Assembly: GCA_044226625.1 (NCBI GenBank)
Contig: JBGAGQ010000027.1
Coordinates: 13,363 to 77,362 of the forward strand
Direction of reading: 5' to 3'
DNA: 64,000 bases
From: Thermoanaerobaculia bacterium
GTDB taxonomy: Bacteria; Acidobacteriota; Thermoanaerobaculia; Multivoradales; UBA5704
The notes below the pieces were generated by a model. That model made no database searches. It saw only the letters and a program-made list of their open reading frames with translations, and was not told the origin of the DNA. A program made the position numbers and the translations under genes. Below, one piece after another: positions 18,292 to 28,733 of the stretch (position 1 is the stretch's first letter; every line of letters starts with the position of its first letter).

Positions 18292-19587
18292 TCAACGTTG
18301 TGGCGTAACGCCCGCGACCGGCCTTTCCGGGATGCCGGCGCGCTTGCGCGGGGTCCCCTCCTCGAGCGGCGAGTCGGCGCGGAGTAGGTCGTTGAAGGTG
18401 GCGACCGCTTCCGGAGAGGAGAGGATTCCTTGGTGGTTCTCGGCGAACCCGTGGACCCTACGAGCCTCGGATTGCGACGCCGGAGTCAATTGGCTTCGCA
18501 GGGTGACGGTTCCGTCGTTAGCGGAGCGAAATAGGTCCCGGTTTCCTCGGTAGCCGAAGAACAGATGGAAATCCACCTCCGGCGGGAGCCGCTTTTGAAA
18601 TAAGCCAACCAGGAAGGGGCCGCCTGGACGCACGTCGTCCCATGCCGGCCGGGACGGCGCGAGGCGGGCCCGCTCCTCGCCGGCCCAAGGGGTGGAAAAC
18701 GAAACGAAAAGTCGGACGTAGGAGAACCGGTCGTGGTAGCTACCGAGGAAGTTTCGGACCACCAGACCGCCGAAACTGTGCGCGGCGATCTGAAGCGTAG
18801 CGAAACGGTACCGCTCGTGGAGGATCGACAACTGTCGATAGAGGAGCTCCGAAAGCAGCGCGGCCCCGGCGCCCGAAGGATAGGAGTAGATCCAGGGTTG
18901 AAACCGGGTCCTGTCGAGGTGATCGATGACGAACCGCCAATCTCTCGGCGTTCCGGTCGCTCCGTGCACGAAGAGAACCGGTATTCGCCGCGGATCGAAC
19001 GGCTCGAGAAAATAGATAACCGCTCCCCGCTCTTCGAGCGAGGTAAAGGGAGCCCAGTAGGCTCGCTTGCCGTTCCTTTCTGAGAACGATTCGTCGTCGA
19101 GCCGGACGATCTGGCCCGGTCGCATGCAGCGCGACGAACGGATCGAAGCGAGTCGGCCGCGCGAAATGGGAAGCGGCCACGCAGAGATTTCGTTCTCGGT
19201 GAGCGCGACCTCGATCGAGGGTGTAGCCTCCTCGTCCGTTGATGCTGAGCTGTATGTCCCGGAGGGCTCGCCAGAGTCGAGTGCGAGGTTTCCGTTCGAA
19301 TCGCCGAAAGCGAGGACCCGATACCTTCCCTTAGGAATGAGCGCTTCGAAGCTCCCCGGTTGGTCGAGGAGGATCCGTCGAGATGGCTCAAACCGTCCGT
19401 TGTGATCTATCCAGACGACAATTACGACGGGGCGAGCCCAAGGGACCGTCGCCGAGATTCGGCCGGTCAGCAGGTTCGATGTCGAAAGCTCCTTCGATTC
19501 GAGGTTGAACCGCGCGAGCGTACAGCCGGCAAGTAGGCAAGCGCCGGCCCCTAAGGCGCTCAGCTCTCGGCAGAGGGTTTTGAGCAT
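18292..19587 (-). CDS. Alpha/beta hydrolase lipoprotein (PGAP1-like)
   Basis: LAGC lipobox, PVLFVHG, AHSFGG, STPW.G, NDGTV, ENH motifs. Confidence 0.85.
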   Translation of the reverse strand: MLKTLCRELSALGAGACLLAGCTLARFNLESKELSTSNLLTGRISATVPWARPVVIVVWIDHNGRFEPSRRILLDQPGSFEALIPKGRYRVLAFGDSNGNLALDSGEPSGTYSSASTDEEATPSIEVALTENEISAWPLPISRGRLASIRSSRCMRPGQIVRLDDESFSERNGKRAYWAPFTSLEERGAVIYFLEPFDPRRIPVLFVHGATGTPRDWRFVIDHLDRTRFQPWIYSYPSGAGAALLSELLYRQLSILHERYRFATLQIAAHSFGGLVVRNFLGSYHDRFSYVRLFVSFSTPWAGEERARLAPSRPAWDDVRPGGPFLVGLFQKRLPPEVDFHLFFGYRGNRDLFRSANDGTVTLRSQLTPASQSEARRVHGFAENHQGILSSPEAVATFNDLLRADSPLEEGTPRKRAGIPERPVAGVTPQR

Positions 19588-19786
19588 GAACCGTCTCGTT
19601 TGGTTCCAGCCACGGCATTGTGGTCGTTCAAACTATTGAGACCCGCCGCGCGAGGGTTTGTGTCGAGACGTTTTCCGGCGGCCGAGCGACATCCGGAGTT
19701 TCTCCCCGCCGCAGCGCGGGGGATGTCCTCCGCGGGCGAGGTGACCGTGTTCTTCTGAGGCTTCGACGACCCCTTGTGATCCATGC

Positions 19787-19812
19787 GAAAAGCCCCGGCG
19801 AGCCGGGGCTTC
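19787..19812 (-). terminator. Rho-independent terminator
   Basis: GC hairpin followed by TTTT on the minus strand, downstream of the 19848 stop. Confidence 0.7.
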
Positions 19813-19847
19813 GAGCCTTCGATAGGGGGGTGGCTACGCTCGGGAGC

Positions 19848-20801
19848 TCAGCACAGCCAAGGCAGCACGTCGCCGTACGAGGAGCAGTTCGGCTCCGAGT
19901 ACTGGTAAACCCAGCAATCGATATTGAAGTAGAAGATCTGGGTGGTCACCGTCTCGCTGCAGTCGGAGTTGATCGTGGTGGTGGTCACGGTCTGCTTGAT
20001 CTGCCGGGTGTAGCGTCGATAGATGCCCTTGGGGAAGAACCCACCGCTCGTATGGCATTGATAGACCGAGGTCGGCGTGGTGCTTACGGTCGAGAAGGTG
20101 GTGGTGCTGCTGGAGCTGGGTTGGCAGGTGTTGCAGCTGAACTCCAGGCAGTCGAGATAGAGCCAGTAGCAATTGTCGTAGCAGGACGCCGAGCCGAACT
20201 GGCCGCAGCGATAGTAGTTGCAGTCTTCGAGCTCGGCGTAGCAGGCGTCGGTGCAGGCGCTCTTCTGGTGGGGTCGAGCCGAGGCTTCCGTGCGGACGGT
20301 CGAACGGATCGCTTGAGGCGCGATCGCGCCTTCGGCGAGCGTGCGTCCCTTGCGCTCAAGAGCCGCGAACGTTTCGACGCGGAGCGCCTTGCCGTTGTGT
20401 GAGATCGCCACGTCGGCGGTTCCGTCGCCGATCGTTCGGCGAAGGAGATTCAGCCGGGAGGGATGGGTCGAGAAAAGCTCCACCACGGGGCGCGCGGCGA
20501 AATCGAAGCTCGCGTCGCTGCTTCGGTTTTCGACCAGCTCGACCTCTTCGGTCGAGAAGATCGCGCCGTTGCGCCGGACCTCGAACTGGAAGCGGTCGCC
20601 CGGGGCGAAGCTCGAATCGAGCTCGACGTAAAGCGGAGCCTCGATCGCCTCGGCGAGGACGATTTTCTCCTTCGGCAGGCCGACCGCGTCGGCGATCCCT
20701 TGGCGAACGCATCGATCGTCGGCGGTGGCGGCCTGAAGCGGTAGGAGAGCGAGGCCGAGGAGGACGAGGGGACGGAGAGAGAGACGGACGGATCGAGACA
20801 T
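19848..20801 (-). CDS. Secreted hypothetical protein with a Cys-rich C-terminal domain
   Basis: Signal peptide, CxxxC repeats, upstream AAGGAG. Confidence 0.75.
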   Translation of the reverse strand: MSRSVRLSLRPLVLLGLALLPLQAATADDRCVRQGIADAVGLPKEKIVLAEAIEAPLYVELDSSFAPGDRFQFEVRRNGAIFSTEEVELVENRSSDASFDFAARPVVELFSTHPSRLNLLRRTIGDGTADVAISHNGKALRVETFAALERKGRTLAEGAIAPQAIRSTVRTEASARPHQKSACTDACYAELEDCNYYRCGQFGSASCYDNCYWLYLDCLEFSCNTCQPSSSSTTTFSTVSTTPTSVYQCHTSGGFFPKGIYRRYTRQIKQTVTTTTINSDCSETVTTQIFYFNIDCWVYQYSEPNCSSYGDVLPWLC

Positions 20802-21009
20802 CGGAAGACTCCTTCCATGAGCCGATTGGTCGCTTGCACCGGCCCCGGGACCGGTGCCCGAGTCGAGGGCGAATCACGAGATCGCCTGAAAAGCTCGCTC
20901 TGGAAGGATTGGCGGAAACTCGAACAGGGTCACATCAACGTCTACTGCCGCGTCGATTCCTCCGGGGTCCGAGATGTCGTTCTCGGACCCCGGAAGGAGC
21001 GCCCGAACT

Positions 21010-22242
21010 TTACGGCGTGCCGCCGCGCACCGCGCGGACGCGGGCGGTGTTCGCCTTGGCGCTGGGGTTCGTCGAGCCGTAGTTGTCGAGACACCAAGCC
21101 GAATTCGTGCCACTCGCTCGGGTGGTCGAGGTCCAGTAGGCCGACTGGAACGTGCAGCTCCCGGTGAGGACGCTTACTCCTGGAACGCAGTTGGTCTGAA
21201 ACGCCGTCGGGATGGCCCACTGCTTCTCGAAGTCGGCGAGGCTCAGCAGCTCGCGGACGTTCGGGATGCGCCAATCGTGATAGCCGGCAAAGCCCACGAT
21301 CCCCTCGACGTTGACGTCGTCGATCCAGTCCCAGACCGTCTCCTCGAAGCCGTTGCCCGACCACCAGTAGATGTTGTCTTTGTCGTGGAGGCCGCCCGCG
21401 TCGCCCTTCTTTTCCCAGACGAGGCCGGTGTTCAGGTCGGTGATCGTGCCGTTGCCGTTGTCCGCGAAGGCGAGCGGCGCTCCCGCGCGCAGAGTGCCGT
21501 CGTCCGGCACGGCGACGGGGCCGGGAATGCCGTCGTTCTTGTTGGCGGGATAGGCGGTCGTCTGCCCCGTCGCCGGGAAAGCGCCCGGGCCGGAGCCTCC
21601 GCCGCGCACCGCGCGCACTCGCATGCCGGACGACTTGTCATACGGAAAGAGCGAGCCGTCGTAGAAGGAGACGCCCCAGCCCATGCCGGTGCTGCGCGCC
21701 CAGGTCGTCGACGACCAATGGGGGCCGGAGAGCGTGCAGCTTCCGGTGATCACCGTGGCGCCGGGAACGCATCCCTGGTTGAACGCCGTTTCGATCATCG
21801 GTGCGGCGAGCTGGAAGGCCACCAGGCTCTCGAGCTCTTTGGCGTTCGGCAGCCGCCAGTCGGAGTAACCGGCGTAGCCCGTGCCCCCTTCGACGTTGAC
21901 GTCGTCGAGCCAGTCCCAGACGGTCTCCAAAGTGCCGGGGCCGGTCCATCCGTAGGCGTTGTCCTTGTCGTGGAGACCGCCGTTGTCGCCCTTCTTTTCC
22001 CACATGAGGCCGGTGTTCAGATCGGTCACCGTGCCGTCGCCGTTGTCGGCGAAGCTCAGCGTGGCACCCGCCTGAACCGCGCCGTCGTCGGCGACGGCGA
22101 CCGCGGCGACGATGCCGTCGATCTTGTTCGAGGTAAAGGAAGTCGTCTGGCCCGTCGCGGGGAAATCGAGCGCCGAGGCCGGGAGAGCCGGACCCATCGC
22201 CAGGAGGGCGAGGGAGATGAAGCGAAGCGATATGCGATCCAT
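21010..22242 (-). CDS. Secreted protein with two tandem DUF1566 (Lcl C-terminal-like) domains
   Basis: Two copies of DNG.GT.TDLNTGL.WEK...GY.DWR.PN..EL...VRAVR. Confidence 0.9.
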   Translation of the reverse strand: MDRISLRFISLALLAMGPALPASALDFPATGQTTSFTSNKIDGIVAAVAVADDGAVQAGATLSFADNGDGTVTDLNTGLMWEKKGDNGGLHDKDNAYGWTGPGTLETVWDWLDDVNVEGGTGYAGYSDWRLPNAKELESLVAFQLAAPMIETAFNQGCVPGATVITGSCTLSGPHWSSTTWARSTGMGWGVSFYDGSLFPYDKSSGMRVRAVRGGGSGPGAFPATGQTTAYPANKNDGIPGPVAVPDDGTLRAGAPLAFADNGNGTITDLNTGLVWEKKGDAGGLHDKDNIYWWSGNGFEETVWDWIDDVNVEGIVGFAGYHDWRIPNVRELLSLADFEKQWAIPTAFQTNCVPGVSVLTGSCTFQSAYWTSTTRASGTNSAWCLDNYGSTNPSAKANTARVRAVRGGTP

Positions 22243-22334
22243 GGTTCGTTGTCCTTTTGGGGGGGAAGGGGCCCGTCGGCCGAGCTGTGTCCGACGGGCT
22301 CGTTTTCAGTAAGCTTTTCGTCCGGGAGATGCGA

Positions 22335-23063
22335 TCAGTCGTCGTGTCCGCCGCGGACGACGAGCGTGTAATTGACACCGGTGACCGAGGCGTCGGCCTG
22401 CACCATGCGGAAGTTGAGGTGGTGAACGCCGGGCCGGAGCGGCTTGAGGAAGAGGAAATAGCCGTCCGAGATCGCCGGGGTGCGATCGCCCGGAGAGAGC
22501 CCGAGGTCGGTGAGGAACGACGGACTCGGAACGTGGAGCGTGAAACCTCCGGGCGGGCTCGTAGTGCGGAAGGCGAACAGGTCTTCGATCGGCTGGCCGT
22601 CGAGCACGGCCTCGAACGTCACCGCCGGCGCCGCCGGCACGTCGTTGTTGACGTCGCAGCGGACCCGCTCCGCGGCGGTCGCGAGCTGGGCACACGGATC
22701 GTCCGCCGCCGGGAACTCGGGCGCGAAGCTCACGAAGACGCCGCCGAGCGAAACGAAGAGCGCCTTGCCGGAGGGGATTTCACAGGTGCGGTCGGCGACG
22801 CCCTCGAACGTGCTGGCGAGAAACCAGACCTTGCCGTGCTGGTTCTTCGCGCAGAAGCGGCCATCCGGATCGAAGGCCGGGTTGGTCGCGATCGGCTCGG
22901 TCGTGAGCCACTGCGCCCACTGGTCGCCGAGCTCGTTGTAGGACTTTCCGGCGAACTCCTGGCCGGGCTCGACGACGTTGTCCTTGGCCTGGACGACGAG
23001 GGACGACACGAGAAGGCCGAATCCCAGGGTGAGGACCTTCCAGATCTGCGTATTGGTTTTCAT
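22335..23063 (-). CDS. Secreted hypothetical protein
   Basis: AAGGAG RBS, signal peptide, VWFLA.TF.G...R.C.IP and DGY.LFL.PL.PG.H motifs. Confidence 0.8.
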   Translation of the reverse strand: MKTNTQIWKVLTLGFGLLVSSLVVQAKDNVVEPGQEFAGKSYNELGDQWAQWLTTEPIATNPAFDPDGRFCAKNQHGKVWFLASTFEGVADRTCEIPSGKALFVSLGGVFVSFAPEFPAADDPCAQLATAAERVRCDVNNDVPAAPAVTFEAVLDGQPIEDLFAFRTTSPPGGFTLHVPSPSFLTDLGLSPGDRTPAISDGYFLFLKPLRPGVHHLNFRMVQADASVTGVNYTLVVRGGHDD

Positions 23064-23146
23064 TTCAATCTCCTTCGAGTGGGCTCCGTTGGTTCGGAGG
23101 AAAGCCGCGGCCCCGTCCATGGGGCCGCGGAAGTTGCGTTCGATGG

Positions 23147-23178
23147 ATCAATCGGAATTACGTCGCGAAAGATGACAG
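23147..23178 (-). promoter_or_regulatory. Putative ECF promoter, copy A (CTGTCATCTTTC-N12-CGATTGAT)
   Basis: Same blocks and spacing as the copy at 25990-26021. Confidence 0.65.
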
Positions 23179-23186
23179 TGGGGTTT

Positions 23187-25865
23187 TCAATTGGCGGCGA
23201 GCGACGCCTGGACCTGTTCGAGGAGCCCGATCAGCAGGGCCGCCCGAGGGTCCGTGAGGCCGTCCCCTTGCGCGCGCTCGATCCAGGTCACGGCTTGCCG
23301 AAGGAAGGCGATCGCCGCGGCGTCGTTGCCGGCCTTGATCTTGTCGAGCGCTCCGTTCTGGCCGTTGGGATTGCCGACCAGCGCTTTCCTCGCCTTCTGG
23401 AGATCGCCCGCAATCCGACCGCTCGGTGCCCCTTGGATCACGGCATCGAGCAGGGGAACGATCTCTTCGACCGCCTGCTGCGGCGTGACGACTCGCACGC
23501 TCGCCGCGAGGTTTCCGACCCCACCGTCGTCGTCCGTGACGGTGACCCCGACCGAGAGTGCCCCCGCGGCGAGATAGCGATGCCGCGCGGAGAGCGCGCC
23601 CGTCGCGTCGCCGAACGCCTCGTCGAAGGTGAGGAACGTCGCCTGCGCGTCGGTCGTGCCGTCGCCCCAGGCCATGGTTGCGGATTGGTGGTCGAGCACG
23701 CCCGGGTCCGTGAACGTCGCCGTCGCCGTCACCGGCACGCGGGTGAGGACGAAGGGAACGTCGACCCCCACCTGGCGGCCGGCACCATCGGCGATCCGGA
23801 CGGGCGAGAGCTGCGGCGCGACGTTGTTGACGTGGACGTTCGCGGTCGCGAGACCCACGGGGCCGCCCGTGGGGTGCTGCGCTTCGGCGGGCACGACGAC
23901 ATCGGTCGGGCCGTCGAGCGCGAGGGCGCTCAAGGTGACGGCGGTGCCGGAGGTCTCGTAGCTGCCGTTCCGGTCGAGATCCCAGCGGAGCGCCGTCGGC
24001 GTCGCGTAGTAGGCGGTGCAGTCGGGAAGGAACTGGACGGCGTCGATCTCTTGGTCGACGTCGTCGGTGCCGCCGTCGTTCAAGACGAACGCGAGGTCGG
24101 GGTCCTGATGCTCGGTTCCATCGCCGATCAGAGTGCGCGCTTCATCGATCTCCGGACCGACGTGATCGATCGCAAAGATCGAGCAGCCGGCGGGGGCGTA
24201 CCACTTCCACGACCGCGGGAGGTCGGCGAAATCGAAGGCGATCGGAGGATCGGGAGCCGGACGCGGAATGACCTGTCGCTCCAGGCGAGAGAAGTCGTCG
24301 AAGTCGTCGAGGTCGACGTCGGCGAAATCGATCGTGGGATAGAGCGATTTGAAGTCGGTGCCCGCGTAGAGCTGGATCCACGCCTGGGTGACCGGCGCTT
24401 TGGCCGTGCCGGTGAGCGTCGTCGTCCGTCCTTCGTCCACTTCGAACGGCCCGTCGACCTGGGCCGCCGGAAGGAGCGTCGGACTCCCTTCGCGGACGAC
24501 GTCGCGGTGGCGCCATTCGCCCGCCTTCACCGTGCCGTTGGGACCGTCGTTGTCGTGCTCGGTGGCGTAGAAGATCAGCTCGCCGCTCGGACTGACGTAA
24601 AAACCCGTGGCCGCCGCGGTGTTGGCGAGCTTGTCGCTTCCCCCGGTGCTCGGGAACGGCGAGATCCGCTTGCCGTGCACCAACATCGTGAGCTGAATGT
24701 CGTCGCCCGGCGCGCAGTCCGTCGTCTGCCGGTCGACATGAAACAGGTCGATCCGGTCGTGATCGCCGAACACCGGATTGCCGCGCGCGCCGGCCATGAA
24801 CAGATCGCCGAGCTCGCCGTTGGGACCGGTCTCGCGGAGGAATTGAAACGTTTGGTGGGGATCTTCGACCTCCGGCACGCGGGTGCTCGACACGAACTCC
24901 CAGTCGAGATCCGGGCTCGACAGATCGCCGATCGTCGAGCGGTAGAAGTAGATTGGGTCGTGGTCCTCGAACCCGCCCTTGACCGCCATCAAGTAGAGGC
25001 CGTTCTCGAGCGGGGTGACGCCGAGACCGTCCGCGCCCTGGAGCGGTTTGCGCTGCGGGTCGTACGCGGGCCGGTCCATCGGCGCGAACTGGCTGCGAAA
25101 CACCGGAGCTTCCGGATCGCTCACGTCGAAGAACAGGATCGCGGTGGGATGCGGCGCCACGTCGTAGCTCGGATCGGGGATCGGCGGCAGGGGATGCTCG
25201 GGGGTCGAATCGGGATTGGGGATCGTCGGCCGCTTCGGCGATTCGTTGGCGATCGCGAGCATGTGTCCGACCAGCTGCATGCCGCCCGGATGGCCGTAGA
25301 CGCGCTGCACCGGACCGGGGCCTTCGCCGTTTCGGAAGACGAGACCGGGACGCCGAGCGGGATCCGGGTCGTTCGGATCGCCGCCCACCACGGTGAAGAA
25401 GATCGTCGCCACGTCCTCGGCCGGCGGCTCGGTGTCGTCGACGTGCACGCCCTTTTTCAGGCGGTTGCTCCGCAGCCGCTCGCCGTTCTTGTCGCGCGAG
25501 CCCATGCGGAAGACGACGAGGTTGCCGTTGCGGGTTTCGCCCGGCGAGTCGTCACAGACCAGCTCGTCGGGGAGCACGGGAATGTCGGGGGTGTTGCCGC
25601 TCCGGGTGACGAGAAAGAACGGCGTGCCGTCCGCGCCGTCGACGCGGGTGATCGCTTGGTAATGCCGGCATTGGCTCGGATTCGGCGTCGTGCTGCGATG
25701 GAAGCCGAGCGGATCGGCGAGCTCGGTGAGCGCTTTGAATTGCTCGACCACGTGGGGTACGAGCCGCAGCCCGTCCGCCCGACCGCTCGACTGCGCGCCG
25801 GCCGGACCGGCTAGCACCACGAGCGCCGCGAGGCCCGCGGCCCTGAATGACGTCTGTACGTTCAT
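23187..25865 (-). CDS. Large secreted protein with PKD-like C-terminal domains
   Basis: AAGGAG RBS, signal peptide, WDLD.NG.YET, WGDGT and VTVTDDDGG motifs. Confidence 0.8.
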   Translation of the reverse strand: MNVQTSFRAAGLAALVVLAGPAGAQSSGRADGLRLVPHVVEQFKALTELADPLGFHRSTTPNPSQCRHYQAITRVDGADGTPFFLVTRSGNTPDIPVLPDELVCDDSPGETRNGNLVVFRMGSRDKNGERLRSNRLKKGVHVDDTEPPAEDVATIFFTVVGGDPNDPDPARRPGLVFRNGEGPGPVQRVYGHPGGMQLVGHMLAIANESPKRPTIPNPDSTPEHPLPPIPDPSYDVAPHPTAILFFDVSDPEAPVFRSQFAPMDRPAYDPQRKPLQGADGLGVTPLENGLYLMAVKGGFEDHDPIYFYRSTIGDLSSPDLDWEFVSSTRVPEVEDPHQTFQFLRETGPNGELGDLFMAGARGNPVFGDHDRIDLFHVDRQTTDCAPGDDIQLTMLVHGKRISPFPSTGGSDKLANTAAATGFYVSPSGELIFYATEHDNDGPNGTVKAGEWRHRDVVREGSPTLLPAAQVDGPFEVDEGRTTTLTGTAKAPVTQAWIQLYAGTDFKSLYPTIDFADVDLDDFDDFSRLERQVIPRPAPDPPIAFDFADLPRSWKWYAPAGCSIFAIDHVGPEIDEARTLIGDGTEHQDPDLAFVLNDGGTDDVDQEIDAVQFLPDCTAYYATPTALRWDLDRNGSYETSGTAVTLSALALDGPTDVVVPAEAQHPTGGPVGLATANVHVNNVAPQLSPVRIADGAGRQVGVDVPFVLTRVPVTATATFTDPGVLDHQSATMAWGDGTTDAQATFLTFDEAFGDATGALSARHRYLAAGALSVGVTVTDDDGGVGNLAASVRVVTPQQAVEEIVPLLDAVIQGAPSGRIAGDLQKARKALVGNPNGQNGALDKIKAGNDAAAIAFLRQAVTWIERAQGDGLTDPRAALLIGLLEQVQASLAAN

Positions 25866-25989
25866 GTCCCGCTCCTTCGGAGGCGCACGGTTCCCCGAGG
25901 ACGCACCGAAGCGCCCGGAAACTCGTCGCCGACGGGTTGGTTTGGATTCCCGCCCGCCCGAATCGGGCGCGCGTTGAGGTCGACATGGA

Positions 25990-26021
25990 ATCAATCGAAC
26001 TTCAGTAAGGAAAGACGACAG
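25990..26021 (-). promoter_or_regulatory. Putative ECF promoter, copy B (CTGTCGTCTTTC-N12-CGATTGAT)
   Basis: Same blocks and spacing as the copy at 23147-23178. Confidence 0.65.
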
Positions 26022-26186
26022 GACGGCGAGCTTCCGGTTCCACCGGAGGTGCGGCTACGAGGGCCCGCGCGGCGTCGCGCCTCGTCTCAGACGTGCGAGC
26101 GGGGAAGACTTCTGGTGCGAATCGGAGGAAAGGGGAGCGGAATGGAAAGGACTACGGCCGAAGCCTCGTTCGGAAGGTGACGCCGC

Positions 26187-28733
26187 TCAGCCCTTCGATC
26201 GGTATCTCGCCGCGCGCTCCGGTTTTCCTTCCGCCTGATAGAGGGCGACCAGGCGGCCGAGGTTTGCGCGCGCCTCGCGGGTTTCTTGGCCTTCGGAGCC
26301 GGGGGTCCGTTTGAGAATCTCGAACGCTCGGAGGAGGTGGGGCTCCGCTTCGGCGTGGCGGCCGAGTCCGAGGTAGGCGGCACCGAGCAGGCTTTCGGTC
26401 GATCCGAGGCGCCAGTCTCGATCGCCGGCGTGTCCTTGCTGGACCTCGAGCGCGTGACGCAGGAGCGGCTCGGCCACGGCGGGACGACCCTGATCGAGAT
26501 AGATGCGGGCGAGACCGATCTCGTGGCGGGCGACGGTCGGGTGGTCCGGTCCGAGGGCGGGCCGAGAGATCGCCAGGGCCTCGGAGTTCTTCGCCTCCGC
26601 CTCGGACAGCTTTCCCTGCAGCCGAAGGACCTCCGCGAGACCCGCCAGGCGCTGCGAATAGCGGGGATGCGCGGTCCCCAACGCCTCGCCGGTGATCGCG
26701 AGCGCCTCGCGGAACATTCTCTCGGCGGTCCTGTAGTCGCCGCGTTGGCCGATCGTTCCAGCCAGGTTGGCGAGCGCGGTGCCGACGTCCGGATGCCGGG
26801 GGCCGCGGGTCTCGCGGTTGACCTCCACGGTCGCCCGGAACAGCTTCTCGGCTTCGGCCCGATCGCCTTTGTGGTCGAGCAGGTGGGCAAGGTCGTTCAT
26901 GCTGGTCGCCGTCTCGTGGTCGCGGGGACCGAGCACCTTGCGCCGGATCGACAGCGCGAGGCGGCAGTGCACTTCCGCCTCCAAGTAGCGCCCTTGATCG
27001 GCCAGCACGCGGCTCAGCTCGCTCTCGGAGACGGCGACCTCCGGGTGCTCGGGCCCCAGAAACTGGCGGCGCATCGCGAGCGCCTCTTCGAGCGTGAGCC
27101 GCGCGGGCTCGAGCTGCGCCCGCTGCCCTTGCGTGACGCCGAGGTCGTGGAGGCTCTGGGCGAGCTCGCGGCCCGGGCCGAGGGTCGTCCGCCCGACGGC
27201 GACCGCCTGTTCGAGCAGCGGCAGCGCTTTCTCGTACTCCCCGCGCCGTTGCAGGATGCGGCCGAGGAGGGTGAGCAGCTTGCCCTGGACCTCGGGCTGG
27301 CCGGCCAGGTCGCGCTGCGCCTGAGCCGCCCCGGCGTCGAGCAGTCCTTCCACCGTCGACTCGCGCCGACCCTCGTCGAACGGATCGGTATGGGTCAACA
27401 AACCGGTCAGGAAGTCGCTGACCTTCTCCGCCTTCTGCGCCTCCAGGCGAACCCGGTCCCGTTCGTGCGCGAGCCGGGTGGCGTAGTACGCCACGATGGA
27501 CGCCAGGGCGAGGGCCGCCACGGCGGCGGCCGCAAGGATTCGGGCGTGGCGCCGCGCGAACTTTGCGGTGCGGTAGGCGAGCGAGTCGGGTCGGGCGAGG
27601 ATCGGCTCCTTGGCGAGATAGCGGCGGAGGTCTTCGTACAAGGCGGCGACCGAGGGATACCGCTCCTGCGGGCGCTTCTTGAGCGCCTTGGCGACGATGA
27701 GGTCGAGGTCGCCGCGCAGCTCGCGCCGCAGGCGCTCGGGGGTGCTCGAGCGCTCGAGCGCCGTCTTCGCCTGCTCCTCGGTCGGCCGGGCGCGCGTGTC
27801 GCGGACGACGTGAGATGGACGGTCAGGATCGGTCTCGAGGATCGACCGCAGCATTTCGGCCGGCGAGGCCCCCGGGCCGCCCGCGGGATGGCGTCCCGCG
27901 AGCAGCAGGTAGAGCAGGGCGCCTAGCGCATAGACGTCGGTCGCCGTGGTTACGCTCTCGCCCAGGACCTGCTCGGGCGCGGCGAAAGCCGGGGTGAAGG
28001 CCTGGCGCGCATCCCGGGTCAACTGGGTCGGCGCGCCGTCCTCGCCCTCGAGGAGCTTGGCGATGCCGAAGTCCAGGAGCTTGACCCGGCCGTCCTTCGA
28101 CACCATGACGTTGCCGGGCTTGAGATCGCGGTGGACGACGAGGTTCGCGTGCGCGTGCTCGACCGCGGCGAGCACGTCGAGGAAGAGGCGCAGGCGAGAC
28201 GGGACGTCCAGCGAGCGCCGGTCGCACCAGCGGTCGATCGGCTCGCCCTCGACGTATTCGAGCACGAGGTAGGGCTGGCCCGCCTCGGAGACGCCGGCGT
28301 CGATCAGCTGGGCGATGTGAGGATGCTTGAGGCGAGCGAGGATCGTCCCCTCGCGGCGGAACCGCGAAGCCCCTTCGGCGCCGAGCAGGGCGGCAGAGAG
28401 CAGCTTGACCGCCGCCTTGCCCTCGAACCGGCCGTCGCTGCGCCGGGCGAGCCAGACGCTGCCCATCCCTCCGGCGCCGAGCGGCTCGAGGAGGGTGTAT
28501 GCGCCGAAGATCTGGCCGACCAGCTTCGAGTCGCTGAACAGATCCTGGGCGTCATGTTCCAGGTACCCCTCGTCGCGCAGCGCCTGCTGCTCGCCGAGCA
28601 GGGCTCTCAGGTCGGCGGCGAGCGTGGCGTCCTTCTGCGCGAGGTCGAGGAGATAGCGCTGGCGCTCCTCGTCGGCCAGCTCGAGCACCTGGTCGAGGTG
28701 AGGCGAGACCAGGCGCCAGCGGGCGCTGTTCAA
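26187..28733 (-). CDS. Ser/Thr protein kinase with a TM helix and TPR repeats
   Basis: GAGGMG, HRDLKPGN, DFG and APE motifs. TTG start overlaps the ECF stop (TTGA). Confidence 0.92.
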   Translation of the reverse strand: MNSARWRLVSPHLDQVLELADEERQRYLLDLAQKDATLAADLRALLGEQQALRDEGYLEHDAQDLFSDSKLVGQIFGAYTLLEPLGAGGMGSVWLARRSDGRFEGKAAVKLLSAALLGAEGASRFRREGTILARLKHPHIAQLIDAGVSEAGQPYLVLEYVEGEPIDRWCDRRSLDVPSRLRLFLDVLAAVEHAHANLVVHRDLKPGNVMVSKDGRVKLLDFGIAKLLEGEDGAPTQLTRDARQAFTPAFAAPEQVLGESVTTATDVYALGALLYLLLAGRHPAGGPGASPAEMLRSILETDPDRPSHVVRDTRARPTEEQAKTALERSSTPERLRRELRGDLDLIVAKALKKRPQERYPSVAALYEDLRRYLAKEPILARPDSLAYRTAKFARRHARILAAAAVAALALASIVAYYATRLAHERDRVRLEAQKAEKVSDFLTGLLTHTDPFDEGRRESTVEGLLDAGAAQAQRDLAGQPEVQGKLLTLLGRILQRRGEYEKALPLLEQAVAVGRTTLGPGRELAQSLHDLGVTQGQRAQLEPARLTLEEALAMRRQFLGPEHPEVAVSESELSRVLADQGRYLEAEVHCRLALSIRRKVLGPRDHETATSMNDLAHLLDHKGDRAEAEKLFRATVEVNRETRGPRHPDVGTALANLAGTIGQRGDYRTAERMFREALAITGEALGTAHPRYSQRLAGLAEVLRLQGKLSEAEAKNSEALAISRPALGPDHPTVARHEIGLARIYLDQGRPAVAEPLLRHALEVQQGHAGDRDWRLGSTESLLGAAYLGLGRHAEAEPHLLRAFEILKRTPGSEGQETREARANLGRLVALYQAEGKPERAARYRSKG

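Noticed and set aside
22257-25814. 1185-aa plus-strand ORF
   Set aside because: Antisense shadow of two well-formed minus-strand genes in high-GC DNA, with no recognisable motifs.
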